Below, in pieces: positions 30,646 to 40,967 of a stretch of DNA of 64,000 nucleotides. The number at the start of each line of letters is the position of its first letter. Position 1 is the stretch's first letter. Position numbers and translations under genes: made by a program. The DNA comes from Myxococcota bacterium. Its GTDB lineage: Bacteria > Myxococcota_A > Polyangia > Nannocystales > Nannocystaceae. The DNA lies in contig JBCCHT010000015.1 of the NCBI GenBank assembly GCA_039028615.1, positions 64,001-128,000 of the forward strand, given 5' to 3'. A model generated the notes under the pieces. That model had not been told where the DNA came from. It saw only the letters and a program-made list of their open reading frames with translations, and did no database searches.

Positions 30646-30818
30646 TTTGGGGGTCTCCGTAGTGGGTGTCCGATGATTCCGTTCCCCCCGAGGCGCGGCC
30701 GGATCATCGTTTTGTGTACTTTTTTCGGGATTGGATTTTGGGCGGTTTCCCCGACGGAGCGGGGCTGGGCGGCTACGCTGCTTCCGGGTGAGGGGGGTCG
30801 CTTGCAGGGGTCGATCGG

Positions 30819-31856
30819 GTGCATCAGGCTCACGAACTCGCTGCCGTGTCTCTGCTGCTCCTCACCGCCATCGCCCTGCGCCTCGGGCTCGGGCCTTCGC
30901 CGTCCTCGGATGCGGTGGTCCCGGAGCTCGGGTTGCAGTGGAGTGCGCCGACCGAGTGCCCGGATGCCGCGGCGGTGCGGGGATTCGTCGCCGACTACGT
31001 CGAGCAGGGCGTGCCGCTCCGGAAGCTGGAGGCCGAGGCTTCGGTCGAGACCGATGGGCAGCGCTTCTCCTTGAGCCTGCGTTTCGACGGGCAGCAGCGA
31101 CAGCTCGACGCGGCGGCCTGTGATGATCTTGCCCGTGCTGCGTCGGTGATCCTGTCGCTGGCTCTCGTGCCGCGAGAGGCGGACGAGCCGGCGCCACCGG
31201 TTGCACCCCCGAAGCCGGAGCTCGCCGTCGAGCCCCCGCCGGAGCCGGTGGTACCGACGCCGGCTCCCACGCCCAACCCGCCGGTCACGGTGCCGCGTCC
31301 CGTGCCTCCGCGAGTGCAGGGCTTCATTCGGCCGGACGCTGCGATCGGGGTCGGCATCACCCCGACGCTCACTACGGCCCGTCTCGCGGCGGGGGTGGCC
31401 TGGCCGCAGGCGCGGGTGGAGCTGTCCGGGACCTTCTGGGCTCCGTCGGATGCACCGGACGCTCGCGCCGACGGCTCGCAGACGTTGGTCACGATGGGCT
31501 CCGTGAACGCCCACGGGTGCGGGGTGGCCCGCGCGGGGGCGCTGGAGTTCCCGCTGTGTGCGGGGGTGAGCGTGGGAGCGGTGCGCGTGGACGACCCCGG
31601 CACGAGCCCGAGCACGACGACCCATCGCTTGTGGGCAGGCGCGACCGCGTCGGTGGCCCTGGTCTGGCGCTTCCGTCCGAATGTCGGGCTCTATGTGGGC
31701 CCGGAGATGACGCTGGCCCTCACTCGGCCTTCGGTTGCCCTCCAGCCCACGCCGTCGACCTACCAAACGGGTCCCATTGCCGTCCGCGGGGCGTTTGGGC
31801 TCGAATTTCATTTTCCTTCATGGGCGGAGCCGTCGGCGGGAAATAGGGGACGGTGA
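30819..31856 (+). CDS. Exported protein: WxAPxECP N-domain + Pro-rich linker + putative beta-barrel-like C-terminus
   Basis: Signal-like N-terminus; WSAPTECPD...CDDLARA; amphipathic strands ending GLEFHF; overlaps ECF sigma start. Confidence 0.65.
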   Translation: MHQAHELAAVSLLLLTAIALRLGLGPSPSSDAVVPELGLQWSAPTECPDAAAVRGFVADYVEQGVPLRKLEAEASVETDGQRFSLSLRFDGQQRQLDAAACDDLARAASVILSLALVPREADEPAPPVAPPKPELAVEPPPEPVVPTPAPTPNPPVTVPRPVPPRVQGFIRPDAAIGVGITPTLTTARLAAGVAWPQARVELSGTFWAPSDAPDARADGSQTLVTMGSVNAHGCGVARAGALEFPLCAGVSVGAVRVDDPGTSPSTTTHRLWAGATASVALVWRFRPNVGLYVGPEMTLALTRPSVALQPTPSTYQTGPIAVRGAFGLEFHFPSWAEPSAGNRGR

Positions 31857-32401
31857 CCTCCGCCGCCGAGACCTCTGCGCCCGCCGGACTGGTGCTCGAG
31901 GACCTGTATCGCGACCAGATGGAGCTGGCCTGGCGAACGGCGCGCTATCTCGGCGTGCCCGCAGCGGACGCGGAGGACGTGGTGCACGAGGTGTTCATCG
32001 TGGTTCAGCGGCGGCTCGCCGACTACGACCCCGCCTATTCGGTGCGCAGCTGGATCGCGGGCATCACTCGTCGAGTGGTCATGCACTACCACCGCAGCCG
32101 CACGCGAAGTGAACGAAGGATCGCGCGCGTGGAGACCCCGGTGCAGACGTCGACGTCTCCCGACGAGGCGGTCTCCCACAACGAGGCGGCGGCGTTTCTC
32201 GAGTCGTTCATCGCCGGGCTGCCCACCGACAAGCGGGAGGCCTTCGTACTCGGTGAGCTCGAGGGGCTCAGTGCTCCCGAGATCGCCCACATCGTGGGGC
32301 ACAACGTCAACACGGTCTACTCTCGGCTGAGGTCTGCGCGGCAGGCCTTCCAGGCGAGCGTCGATCGCCTCGAAGCAGTGCGGAGGCGTGAGGGTGGATG
32401 A
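31853..32401 (+). CDS. ECF RNA polymerase sigma factor
   Basis: DAEDVVHEVF...RSWIAGI; LPTDKREAFVLGELEGLSAPEIA...NTVYSRL. Confidence 0.93.
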   Translation: MTSAAETSAPAGLVLEDLYRDQMELAWRTARYLGVPAADAEDVVHEVFIVVQRRLADYDPAYSVRSWIAGITRRVVMHYHRSRTRSERRIARVETPVQTSTSPDEAVSHNEAAAFLESFIAGLPTDKREAFVLGELEGLSAPEIAHIVGHNVNTVYSRLRSARQAFQASVDRLEAVRRREGG

Positions 32402-33125
32402 GCTGAAGACCAACGCCCAGGCGCTCCTCGAGCGTGCCAAGCCCGGTTTCGCTCCGTCGACCGAGCAGCTCGAGTGCGTTCGAAAGAGGCTCTCGGCCGA
32501 GCCTCCTCCACCGCCTCCGAAGGCGGCCAACTGGGCTTGGTATGCGGGCGCGTTGGTGCTCGCGGGCCTGCTCGCGGGCGGGGTTGCGGTGAGTCGCACG
32601 GGAGGGGGAGACGCCACGGCGGCGGCTGTCGAGGCCTCGCCCGTGTCCGTTGCAGTCGAACCCGAACGTCGGGAGGTCGCGGAGGAGCCCGCTCCCGTGC
32701 CCGCTCCCGCGACCGTGGTGCCGGCCGAGCCTCCGCGTGCTCCGAGGTCCGAGGCCACGCCCGAAGCCCCGCCGAGCGGGCCCTCGCCCAAGATCCAATC
32801 GTCGACGCCCGGCCGGTCGTCGTCGCGCCGAGCGTCGAAGGCTCCGGCCACCGACACCTTCGCGGCGCAGCTGGAGCTGATCATCGCCGCTCGCAAAGCG
32901 CTGGAAGCTCGAGCATTCCCCACCGCTCGCAAGACCGCCAAGCGCTACCTCGATCGCTTCGACGGCGGGTCCTTCGACGAGGAGGCCGAGGTCCTGCACC
33001 TGTTGGCGAGCTGCGGCATCGAGCGCACCGACGCCGTCACGGCACGCGCGCGGGTCTACGTCAAGAGCCACGACAGCCGCTTCGCTCGGCGAGTTCGCAT
33101 CGCGTGCCTCGAGCCTTCGCGCTGA
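32394..33125 (+). CDS. Putative membrane-anchored anti-sigma factor with TPR-like C-terminus
   Basis: Overlaps sigma gene; TM segment WAWYAGALVLAGLLAGGV; Pro-rich linker; ELIIAARKAL...YLDRFDGGSFDEE; start at 32388 or 32394. Confidence 0.7.
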   Translation: MDELKTNAQALLERAKPGFAPSTEQLECVRKRLSAEPPPPPPKAANWAWYAGALVLAGLLAGGVAVSRTGGGDATAAAVEASPVSVAVEPERREVAEEPAPVPAPATVVPAEPPRAPRSEATPEAPPSGPSPKIQSSTPGRSSSRRASKAPATDTFAAQLELIIAARKALEARAFPTARKTAKRYLDRFDGGSFDEEAEVLHLLASCGIERTDAVTARARVYVKSHDSRFARRVRIACLEPSR

Positions 33126-33182
33126 CGCGAACTTTGGTCCACGGATGACGACGTCCGCGGGCAATACGAAGCACGATCGAAT

Positions 33183-33809
33183 ATGCCACTCGTTGCTTCT
33201 GGATCGCTGTCCATCGTGTTGCTCGGTTTTTCTCCACCTCCAACCGCGACCGCGGAGCGAGAGCCTCAGCCCTGGCCCGTGACCCTGGAGTCGGGCGTCC
33301 AGGCCCTCGGCTTTTCGCCCGCGCCTGCCAACCCGACCGCCGCCATCGGCACCGAGGTCCGCGTGCTTCGACGCCGGGTCTACGACCTCCATATCGGGCT
33401 CGCCGTTGGTGGTTTTCACCATGCTCGGTTCGCCCGCGGCGGCTTCGTCGATGCCACGATCGGGCAGCGCTGGACCGCTCCCTTTGGTCTGTTCGGCGAA
33501 TTCGACGTCGTCGCGGGAGGGCAAGCGACCGCCATTCCCGTGCGGATCCATCGGGTGGGAGACGATGGGCGCCTGCAGCCGTCTCGTGCTCCCGTTCGCC
33601 CGGCGGCACGCGTCGGGCTCGGGCTCGGGCTCGGCTTCGATCTCGGCCGGGTCTGTTCGGCCCCGGTACGGCTCTTCGTTCGCTATCGCCAGCTCGCCTG
33701 GACCCCGTTCATGCTCGGCAATGGGCTGCCCGCGATGGGCATCGCTTCGTTGACCGGTGGAATTGCCGTGGAGTTTGGAACATGGATGCGCGCTCGTCGT
33801 TCTCGATGA
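33183..33809 (+). CDS. Hypothetical exported, outer-membrane-like protein
   Basis: Gly/aromatic amphipathic strands; ATGA coupling to the downstream hydrolase. Confidence 0.5.
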   Translation: MPLVASGSLSIVLLGFSPPPTATAEREPQPWPVTLESGVQALGFSPAPANPTAAIGTEVRVLRRRVYDLHIGLAVGGFHHARFARGGFVDATIGQRWTAPFGLFGEFDVVAGGQATAIPVRIHRVGDDGRLQPSRAPVRPAARVGLGLGLGFDLGRVCSAPVRLFVRYRQLAWTPFMLGNGLPAMGIASLTGGIAVEFGTWMRARRSR

Positions 33810-34990
33810 TTCGTTGGGGACTGTTGACCGCGGGGCTCATGGCCTCCGGCTGTGTGCTCGAGGAAGACGCATCGGGTGAGCCGCCGCTGTGCGTCGAAGG
33901 GAGCCCTCGGCTTCCTCCCTCCACAGGCCACCCCCAGGCCGACGCGTTCCAGCAGGCGCTGGAGTCGGCCGTGGATGCGGGCTTGCCCGGGGTGTCGATG
34001 GCGATCCGGGACCGCGATGGTGTGTGGGAAGGGGCCGCAGGCTTCGCCGACCTCGATCGCGGCACGCCCATGGAGCCTTGTCACCGCACCCGCATCGCGA
34101 GCGTGACCAAGACCTTCGTGGCCGCCACGGTGCTGCGATTGGTCGACCAGGGCCGGCTCGGCCTCGACGACACGCTGGGCGAGCGATTGCCGCAACGCAG
34201 CCAGCGGGTGGCCCATGCCGACCAGATCACCGTGCGGCAGCTGCTGAGCCATACCAGCGGGGTCTACAACTTCCTCGACGTCCCGCTGGTGCTCGAGCTT
34301 TTCAACCGCCCCGACCGGACCTGGACGGTGCAGGAGTGCTTCGAGCAGGCGGCTGATCGCGATTCCGACTTCGCCCCGGGCACGGGCTGGTCCTACTCGA
34401 ATACCAACTACATCTTGCTGGGCTGGATCATCGAGGCGGTGACCGGCCTCCCGCACGAGCAGGTCATGCACGACGAGTTCTTCGAGCCGTTGGAGCTGTA
34501 CCAGACCTCGTATCGGGTCGACGATTTCGACGTGTCCGGGGTCGTGCACGGGTACTTCGACCTGTTCGGGGACCAAGCGCTCGTGGACTCGACCGACTCA
34601 TACGCGAACCTCTGCATCGGCCCCGACGGAGGCATGATCTCCAGTGCACACGACATGCTGGTGTTCTTCGATCATCTGTTCGGCGAGGAGGACCTGCTTT
34701 CGTCCGAAGCCCTGTCGCAGATGCTGCCCTTCGCCCCGACGGGCGAACCCGACTTCCCGACCTACGGCCTCGGCATCGAGACCTGGGGGGAGGGCGAGCG
34801 CCTGGCCTACGGGCACGGCGGCCACGAGTTCGGCTACCGGACGTTCGCGTACCATTTCCCGGCGCAGGACCTGACCTTCGTGGTGTGGTTCAACGCGTCG
34901 AGCTTGCTGCCGGGCGACGACAACATCGCGGCCACGATCAACGCGCAGCGGGACCACCTCCGCGACCTGGCGCTGGGCCTCGCGGAGTGA
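33806..34990 (+). CDS. Serine hydrolase, beta-lactamase/D-Ala-D-Ala carboxypeptidase (S12) family lipoprotein
   Basis: IASVTK (SxxK), LLSHTSG, YSNTNY (YxN), GHGG; ASGC lipobox. Confidence 0.92.
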   Translation: MIRWGLLTAGLMASGCVLEEDASGEPPLCVEGSPRLPPSTGHPQADAFQQALESAVDAGLPGVSMAIRDRDGVWEGAAGFADLDRGTPMEPCHRTRIASVTKTFVAATVLRLVDQGRLGLDDTLGERLPQRSQRVAHADQITVRQLLSHTSGVYNFLDVPLVLELFNRPDRTWTVQECFEQAADRDSDFAPGTGWSYSNTNYILLGWIIEAVTGLPHEQVMHDEFFEPLELYQTSYRVDDFDVSGVVHGYFDLFGDQALVDSTDSYANLCIGPDGGMISSAHDMLVFFDHLFGEEDLLSSEALSQMLPFAPTGEPDFPTYGLGIETWGEGERLAYGHGGHEFGYRTFAYHFPAQDLTFVVWFNASSLLPGDDNIAATINAQRDHLRDLALGLAE

Positions 34991-35167
34991 GCCCGACGCG
35001 TGTTCCCGGAGGCCGACGAGGAGATTCCTACTATTTCGAATCTCGCGTGCCGCATTCTCCCCTGGTCCAGCGGGCCGCCGAGGCGATGCCCCCGAGGGGA
35101 TCACCGCGAAAACATCTCGGCGGTTCCCTCTAGTGCGCACCCTTGCCGCCAGCCGATCCTGGACGGA

Positions 35168-36010
35168 ATGAAATCGATCAGACTCGAACGTGGAACCAAC
35201 GCCCGGCCTGCTCACCCAACGTGGACTCGATTCTTCGGTGCATCACTGGCGCTGCTCGTCGCGGGCGGCTGTGCGGTGGTGCAGCCCGGAGAAGTCGGCG
35301 TCAAATCGAAGTGGGGCAAGCTGGACGAGAAGGTCCATACGCCCGGGTTGGTCGGTCTCAACCGCATCAGCAGTCGCCTCTATCGCGTCCCTACGCAGAC
35401 GGTGAACCGGGAGGTCCAGCTCAACCTGCCGTCGAAGGAGGGGCTGAACGTCAGCGCCGAGATTTCCATCCTCTATCACATTCAAGCCGAGCGAGCGCCC
35501 GACGTCATCCGCGACGTGGGGCTCGACTATGAAGAGGTCCTCATCCTCAGCGTGTTTCGATCCGCCTCGGCCGACATCTGTGCGCGCTTTTTCGCCAAGG
35601 ACATGCACTCGGGCAAGCGCGCGGAGATTGAGGCGGAGATCCAAAAGCAGATGGGCGAGCAGCTCGCCGAGCGCGGCTTCGTGATCGAGGCGGTGCTGCT
35701 CAAGAGCATCCGGCTGCCCCCGGGGCTGTACACCGCCATCGAAGACAAGCTCGAGGCGGAGCAGGAGGCGCAGCGCATGCAGTTCGTACTCCAGCGAGAA
35801 CAGCGAGAGGCGGAGCGCAAGACCATCGAGGCCCAAGGCGTCCGGGATGCGCAGAAGGTGCTGGCCGACGGTTTGAGCGAGGAGATCATCCGCTGGCGGA
35901 GCCTCGAGGTGCTCCAGGAACTCGCCAGCTCACCGAACGCCAAGCTCATCGTGACCGATGGATCCGCGCCGGTCTTCTTCAATGAGGACGTGGGCGGTAC
36001 CCCGCCCTAG
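35168..36010 (+). CDS. SPFH/prohibitin family protein
   Basis: VVQPGEVGV, PSKEGLNV, AIEDKLEAEQEA coiled coil, ASSPNAK. Confidence 0.9.
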   Translation: MKSIRLERGTNARPAHPTWTRFFGASLALLVAGGCAVVQPGEVGVKSKWGKLDEKVHTPGLVGLNRISSRLYRVPTQTVNREVQLNLPSKEGLNVSAEISILYHIQAERAPDVIRDVGLDYEEVLILSVFRSASADICARFFAKDMHSGKRAEIEAEIQKQMGEQLAERGFVIEAVLLKSIRLPPGLYTAIEDKLEAEQEAQRMQFVLQREQREAERKTIEAQGVRDAQKVLADGLSEEIIRWRSLEVLQELASSPNAKLIVTDGSAPVFFNEDVGGTPP

Positions 36011-36031
36011 ACGCGGCCGAAACAAAGACGA

Positions 36032-36065
36032 ACGCCGCCATCCCGGCCACGCGGGATGGCGGCGT
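36032..36065. terminator. Perfect 14-bp hairpin between convergent genes
   Basis: ACGCCGCCATCCCG-gccacg-CGGGATGGCGGCGT. Confidence 0.7.
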
Positions 36066-36080
36066 CGAGAACACAAAGGG

Positions 36081-37805
36081 CTACTTGCCCCCGTAGGCGC
36101 AGATGCTGAAGTCGTCGCCGTCCCAGCAGGCACGGTCGGTGGCCGAGCGCTTGGCCTCGCCCCAGCGGGAAGAGATGCCGTCTTTGGTCAGCCCGCGCAC
36201 TTCGGCGACGCCGGGCTCCGCGATGGACACCATCAGCGGGTTGGCACCGAAGAAATCGGGCTCACCGACGGGGGTGATGCTGAAGCTCCCCGTGCCACCG
36301 TCGGGCTTGAAGGTGCACCGTCCGTCGTAGGACTCGCTGCCGGAGGTGACCAGGCAGCGGGCATTCCCACCGCCGGTCGGAGCGGGCGCGGCCGAGCCCC
36401 CGCTGCCGATGAGCCGCTGATCGGCGCGGTCGAGCGACTCGTAGGTCTTCGCCGCGCCTCCGTCGACCACGAACATCCCGCCGGAGCGAACCTCGACCGT
36501 CCGGGCGTTGCCGAGGTCGAGTCGTCGGCAGCCGACCTCGGGATCGGTGCGGCACACCACCAGGCGAGCGCTTCGTTGCATGCCGCTGCCGCTGTCCTCG
36601 AGTCCGGTGACCAGCACGGCGAGCTCGTGGCCGGGCTTGCCATCGAGATCCATGGCCCAGCTGGCGACGGGCTCGTGGACGCGCTTGACGCTCATGCCTT
36701 CGATGGCGACCTCGCGGACCCGAGCGACGCCGTGCCACCCGGACATCTTCTGGATCATGATCCCCGAGACCCCGTCGTCGGCCAATGCCCCCGTGCGGTG
36801 CTTGATGACGCCGGCGTGGTCGACGAAGTCCTCGCTGCTCGACTCTTCGGCGATGTCACCGTCGTCGCCGCAGTCCTCCATGTATTCGTCGGTGCCGAGC
36901 ACTTCCCCCGCTTCGTCGGCGCCGATTTGCTTGCCCCAGCGGCGGCCGAGGTCGGCACACTGGCTCGCCCAGCCGCACGGCGGCGGGAGGCTGCTGGTGC
37001 GGTCGCAGTCGTAGGCGTCGAGGCCCGCGAGGGGCTTGGCCGACGGAGCGGGCGTGGAGTCGACGTTGTACGCACGGCCGGAGTCGGCCGGGGCGGGGGT
37101 CAGGCGAATGGTGAGCAGGGCGCCCGCAGCCGAGCCGGCCGGAGTCCCTCCACCGACCGCCGGGGCCGTGGGGCGAGGGCCGACCTTGATGCGAACGGTG
37201 ACCGGGCAGCCCGAGCCCAGCGTGGCCTTGGCCACGAGGCGCTCGCCGTCGCGGTTGGCGGTCGCGCTGAAGTTGCCGCGGCAGTTGTCGAAGCCGGACA
37301 CGCGACCTTCGAACTGGAAGCTGTCGGGGCCGCCCGACAGCGTGCCGTTGAAGCCGTTGTCGGGGTTGAGCTTGGTTCCGGGGGCGCTCACCTTCCACTT
37401 GCCGTCACCATCGGCGGTGACCTTGCAACGGCGGTTATAGGACCCCGTGCTGTCGCGGAACGAGCAGCCGAAGGTGCCCGCCGCGAGGGCAGGAGGCTCG
37501 GCTGCGGGTGTCGGCGTGATCGGATCGGCTGCCGTGGGAGGGTCGTCTGCCGCGACCGCTCCGCCATCTCCCGCGGGCGCCGGTTTGTCGGCGGCGTCTT
37601 TGGTGGCGGCGTCGCTCTTGGTCTCGCCGCCCTTGGCTTCGCCGCCCTTGGCGTCGCTCTTGGTCGCGTCCTTGTCCTTCGCTTCCTTCTTGGCGGTGTC
37701 CTTGGAAGACGCGTCGTCTTTTTTGTCGGAGTCACAGGCGAACGTGGTGAGACCGAGGACCACGGCGAGTCCCATCCATCGTCCTGAATTCGGGCGGCGC
37801 TTCAT
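36081..37805 (-). CDS. Multidomain hypothetical lipoprotein
   Basis: TFAC lipobox; K/D/A-rich then Pro-rich linkers separating several small Cys-containing domains. Confidence 0.7.
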   Translation of the reverse strand: MKRRPNSGRWMGLAVVLGLTTFACDSDKKDDASSKDTAKKEAKDKDATKSDAKGGEAKGGETKSDAATKDAADKPAPAGDGGAVAADDPPTAADPITPTPAAEPPALAAGTFGCSFRDSTGSYNRRCKVTADGDGKWKVSAPGTKLNPDNGFNGTLSGGPDSFQFEGRVSGFDNCRGNFSATANRDGERLVAKATLGSGCPVTVRIKVGPRPTAPAVGGGTPAGSAAGALLTIRLTPAPADSGRAYNVDSTPAPSAKPLAGLDAYDCDRTSSLPPPCGWASQCADLGRRWGKQIGADEAGEVLGTDEYMEDCGDDGDIAEESSSEDFVDHAGVIKHRTGALADDGVSGIMIQKMSGWHGVARVREVAIEGMSVKRVHEPVASWAMDLDGKPGHELAVLVTGLEDSGSGMQRSARLVVCRTDPEVGCRRLDLGNARTVEVRSGGMFVVDGGAAKTYESLDRADQRLIGSGGSAAPAPTGGGNARCLVTSGSESYDGRCTFKPDGGTGSFSITPVGEPDFFGANPLMVSIAEPGVAEVRGLTKDGISSRWGEAKRSATDRACWDGDDFSICAYGGK

Positions 37806-37952
37806 TCGCCCACGATACCGTCCGACCGGCCGATCAGAACTACGGAATCCCCGGACATCCGACGTCGACAATTGTGCCGTTGGGGGAATCGAACCGGGGC
37901 ATGAGGTCACCCGTCAGAGTGAAGCGGCGCAGGCCGCAATGTCCCCAAAGAG

Positions 37953-39266
37953 ATGACAACTATGTTTACTTCCTTGCGTCCCCAGTTTTCCTTCTTGCTC
38001 TGTCTGGCGGTGGTCGGATGTGCGACCGAGTCTCCACCCGATTCGGGGGTCGACGAGGGCGGCAGCGATCCGTCCTCGGGGGGTGTCCCGACCGAGGAGG
38101 ACACCGACACCGATCCGACCGGCGAGGGCCCGACCGCGGACGGTGACACCGACGATGCGGACACCGACGACGGTGACACCGACGATGGCGAAACCGATGG
38201 GTGTGACACCGAGGGCTGCGAGGTCGAGGGCTACGAGTGCCTGAGCGCCTTGGCCTACGACGGTGGGCTCCTCGCTACCGCCAACCGCAGCGCCCTGTGC
38301 CCGGACTGCGGCGAGCACGGAGCCTCGCAAGGGGTGTTGCTCGCCGTCGACCCCCAAAGTGGCGAGCGAACCGAGCTCGGCGTCGCAGCGGTCAAGCAGA
38401 CGTTCGAGATGCTCGCCATCGCCCCCGACGGCGGGCTCGTGGTGGGAGGCTCGACCTTCTTGCCCGACTCGCTGAGCTACGACCCGCTGCTGCAGAAGTA
38501 CACCGCCGACGGTGCGCTCTCATGGACCTCTCCGTCGACCTTCGGCGTGGCCGACTTCGCCATTCGAGGCGACGAGATCCTGGTGGTCAGCGGCCACGGC
38601 ACGGCCGACCTCACCGTGGTCTCGGGTGAAGACGGCTCGATCCTCGAGCAGCTCGAGGGGGGCGTGGGCCGTACGCAGAGCATTGCGGTCGACGACGGCG
38701 GCAACGTGTATGTGGCCGGTGACGCGGTGGAGATCGTCGACGGAAAGACGGTCGCGGAGGAGTCGTTCGTGCGCAAGTACGACGCCGAGCTCCAGCTGGA
38801 ATGGGAACAGTTCGCGCCCCCTTCGCTGGAGGGGGCCGGGCTCGCTGCGCCCGCACTGGTCGTCGACGAAGACGGCGGGGTCATCGTGGCGATTCGGCAG
38901 AGCCCCGAGGAAGGACCCTCCACCCTCGCGTTCCGCAAGTACGACGATGCGGGCACCGAGCAGTGGGTGAGCACGCTGGAGATCGGAGACCCGGCGAAAG
39001 AGGCCACGCACTACCTGTTCGGTCTGCATGCGCGGCCGGGTGGGGGACTGGTCGCGATCGGTCAGACCGGAGGCCGCGACGACTCTGCCTTCACCGTCGC
39101 ATACGACGGCGGCGGAGTACCGCTGTGGTCCGACGTGCAGGCGCACGCCGACCTCTCGCACGAAATCAACGAGGGCCTCGTGATCGCCTCCGACACCGTG
39201 TTCGTGGCCGGTTGTGCCCGCGGCGAGCCGGACGACCTGGCCTGGCTGCTGGAGTTCGAGCCGTAG
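37953..39266 (+). CDS. Beta-propeller lipoprotein (SBBP-like)
   Basis: VVGC lipobox; D/T/G linker; repeats IAVDDGGNVYVAG, KYTADG..SW, KYDDAG.EQW. Confidence 0.75.
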   Translation: MTTMFTSLRPQFSFLLCLAVVGCATESPPDSGVDEGGSDPSSGGVPTEEDTDTDPTGEGPTADGDTDDADTDDGDTDDGETDGCDTEGCEVEGYECLSALAYDGGLLATANRSALCPDCGEHGASQGVLLAVDPQSGERTELGVAAVKQTFEMLAIAPDGGLVVGGSTFLPDSLSYDPLLQKYTADGALSWTSPSTFGVADFAIRGDEILVVSGHGTADLTVVSGEDGSILEQLEGGVGRTQSIAVDDGGNVYVAGDAVEIVDGKTVAEESFVRKYDAELQLEWEQFAPPSLEGAGLAAPALVVDEDGGVIVAIRQSPEEGPSTLAFRKYDDAGTEQWVSTLEIGDPAKEATHYLFGLHARPGGGLVAIGQTGGRDDSAFTVAYDGGGVPLWSDVQAHADLSHEINEGLVIASDTVFVAGCARGEPDDLAWLLEFEP

Positions 39267-39329
39267 TCGTTTTCGGCTACCGTAGGGGGGTGCGCTCGGT
39301 CGAGGGCCGGGCGCGTTCCTCGTTTCGCC

Positions 39330-39575
39330 ATGAAAGCCGTCTGCGCCCGCTGCTTCCGCCCGGTGTCCGTCGCCGACGATCGACTCGAGGAAGCCACCGC
39401 AGGCCGTCGGATGACGACGGTCTACTGCAGCGACACGTTCGCGTTTCCGGCGATTGTTCTCCGCGGCGTGGAGCTGAACTGCTCCTACTGCGGCGTCGGG
39501 CAGGCGTTCGCGGTGGACGACGATGATGCCCCTCGGCTGAGGCGCACCTTCGAGGCCGAACCGGACGAGGACTGA
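39330..39575 (+). CDS. Small putative zinc-ribbon protein
   Basis: 81 aa with CARC and CSYCG; fills the gap between two clear genes with GC3-rich codons. Confidence 0.55.
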   Translation: MKAVCARCFRPVSVADDRLEEATAGRRMTTVYCSDTFAFPAIVLRGVELNCSYCGVGQAFAVDDDDAPRLRRTFEAEPDED

Positions 39576-39599
39576 AGGCCGGCCGGATCGGCGCGGGCC

Positions 39600-40886
39600 T
39601 CAGCCGGCGACCCATTCGCAGAGGCGGTCGATCGCGGTGGTGACCCGTGCGCAGTGCTGGCGCAGGAATGTCTCGTCGACGGTCGCGTCCTTGGGCATCC
39701 CCGCGAGGCCATCGAGGGCCGCGCCGCCGTCGAAGTCGACGTAGGCGAGGCGGGCGGTCAGCTCGGCGGGCTCGCGCCCGAAGAAGGACCCGGGCAGGAT
39801 GGCGACCCCCGTGTGCTCGAGCAGCTGCTCGCACAGGGCCGCGCTGTTCGTGATGCCCCGGCTCGCCAGCGCCTCGGTGTGCGCACTGAAGTCGGGGAAC
39901 AGGTAGAAGCCGCCCTCCGGCTCGCTGAGGCTCAGGCCCGCATCCGTCATGCGTCGGTGACACCACCGGCCCAACGCACCCAGGATGCGGCGGGATCGGG
40001 CGAGGTACTCGTCGATCTCGTCGCTCCCCTCGAAGGCCGTCACCGCGGCGTGCTGGATGGGCGCGCTGGTGGAGGTGTAGGTCTCGCTGGCCGCGGCCGC
40101 CATCGCATCGAGCAGCCACCGCATGGACGGCGGGAACAGGAAGGTGCCCAGTCGCCACCCACCCGCGCCGCACCACTTGCTCAGCCCCGAGCTGATGATC
40201 GTGCCCTCGGGGTAGAAGCGAGCGATCGAGACGTGTTGGCCCTCGTGGTGCAACTCGCCGTAGATCTCATCGGAGAGCAAGACCACCCGGTGCTCGGCTG
40301 CGACCTTGGCCAGCGCCTCGAGCTCCTCGGGCCGATGCGTGGCTCCCGTGGGATTCGACGGATAGTTGAGGATGAGGATCCGCGGGCGGCCGGGGTCCTG
40401 CTCGCACAGCCGTGCCAGCTCGGTCGCACCCAGGCGCCAACCGTTTTCGGGCCGCGTGGGCACCAGCCTGACCTGACGACCGATGATCTTGGCTTGCGGG
40501 GCATACGAGACCCACGCCGGGGTGGGGATGACCAGGTCGCCGTAGAACACCAGTTGCAACAGGAACATCAGCTCCTTGCTGCCGGGCCCGATGAGCACGT
40601 CGTCGCCCGTGCGCACCAGGCCATCGTGGCGTTGGTGGTACTCGGCCACCGCCTCGCGCAGCCGGGCGAGGCCCTTGACCGGCAGATAGTCCTTCTCGTG
40701 GGCGTGCTGCCGCAGCGCTTCGACGACGGGCTCGGCCACCGGGAACGGGGATTGACCCAGGCCCAGCTTGAAGACCTCGCGCCCGGCGGCCATGAGATCG
40801 TTGCAGTGCTCGTTGATCGCGACGGTCGCCGAGGCCGGCATGCCGCGTACGTTGAGGTTCAGGTTGATCTGCGGCTTGGCGTCCAC
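39600..40886 (-). CDS. PLP-dependent aminotransferase class I/II (aspartate aminotransferase-like)
   Basis: NYPSNPTG, SDEIY, SGLSKW..GGWRLG (PLP lysine), GGFYLF. Confidence 0.93.
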   Translation of the reverse strand: MDAKPQINLNLNVRGMPASATVAINEHCNDLMAAGREVFKLGLGQSPFPVAEPVVEALRQHAHEKDYLPVKGLARLREAVAEYHQRHDGLVRTGDDVLIGPGSKELMFLLQLVFYGDLVIPTPAWVSYAPQAKIIGRQVRLVPTRPENGWRLGATELARLCEQDPGRPRILILNYPSNPTGATHRPEELEALAKVAAEHRVVLLSDEIYGELHHEGQHVSIARFYPEGTIISSGLSKWCGAGGWRLGTFLFPPSMRWLLDAMAAAASETYTSTSAPIQHAAVTAFEGSDEIDEYLARSRRILGALGRWCHRRMTDAGLSLSEPEGGFYLFPDFSAHTEALASRGITNSAALCEQLLEHTGVAILPGSFFGREPAELTARLAYVDFDGGAALDGLAGMPKDATVDETFLRQHCARVTTAIDRLCEWVAG

Positions 40887-40967
40887 GGTTGTGATCGAGC
40901 ATAGGTCGGTTTGGCCGTCTTGGCTCGTCGCTCGTGGCCCGGGGCGGGTGGGTGTAGCCTCGGCGGC

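Noticed and set aside
33806..34990. Antibiotic-resistance beta-lactamase
   Set aside because: Motifs fit the broad S12 serine hydrolase family; nothing indicates a true AmpC and there is no mobile context.
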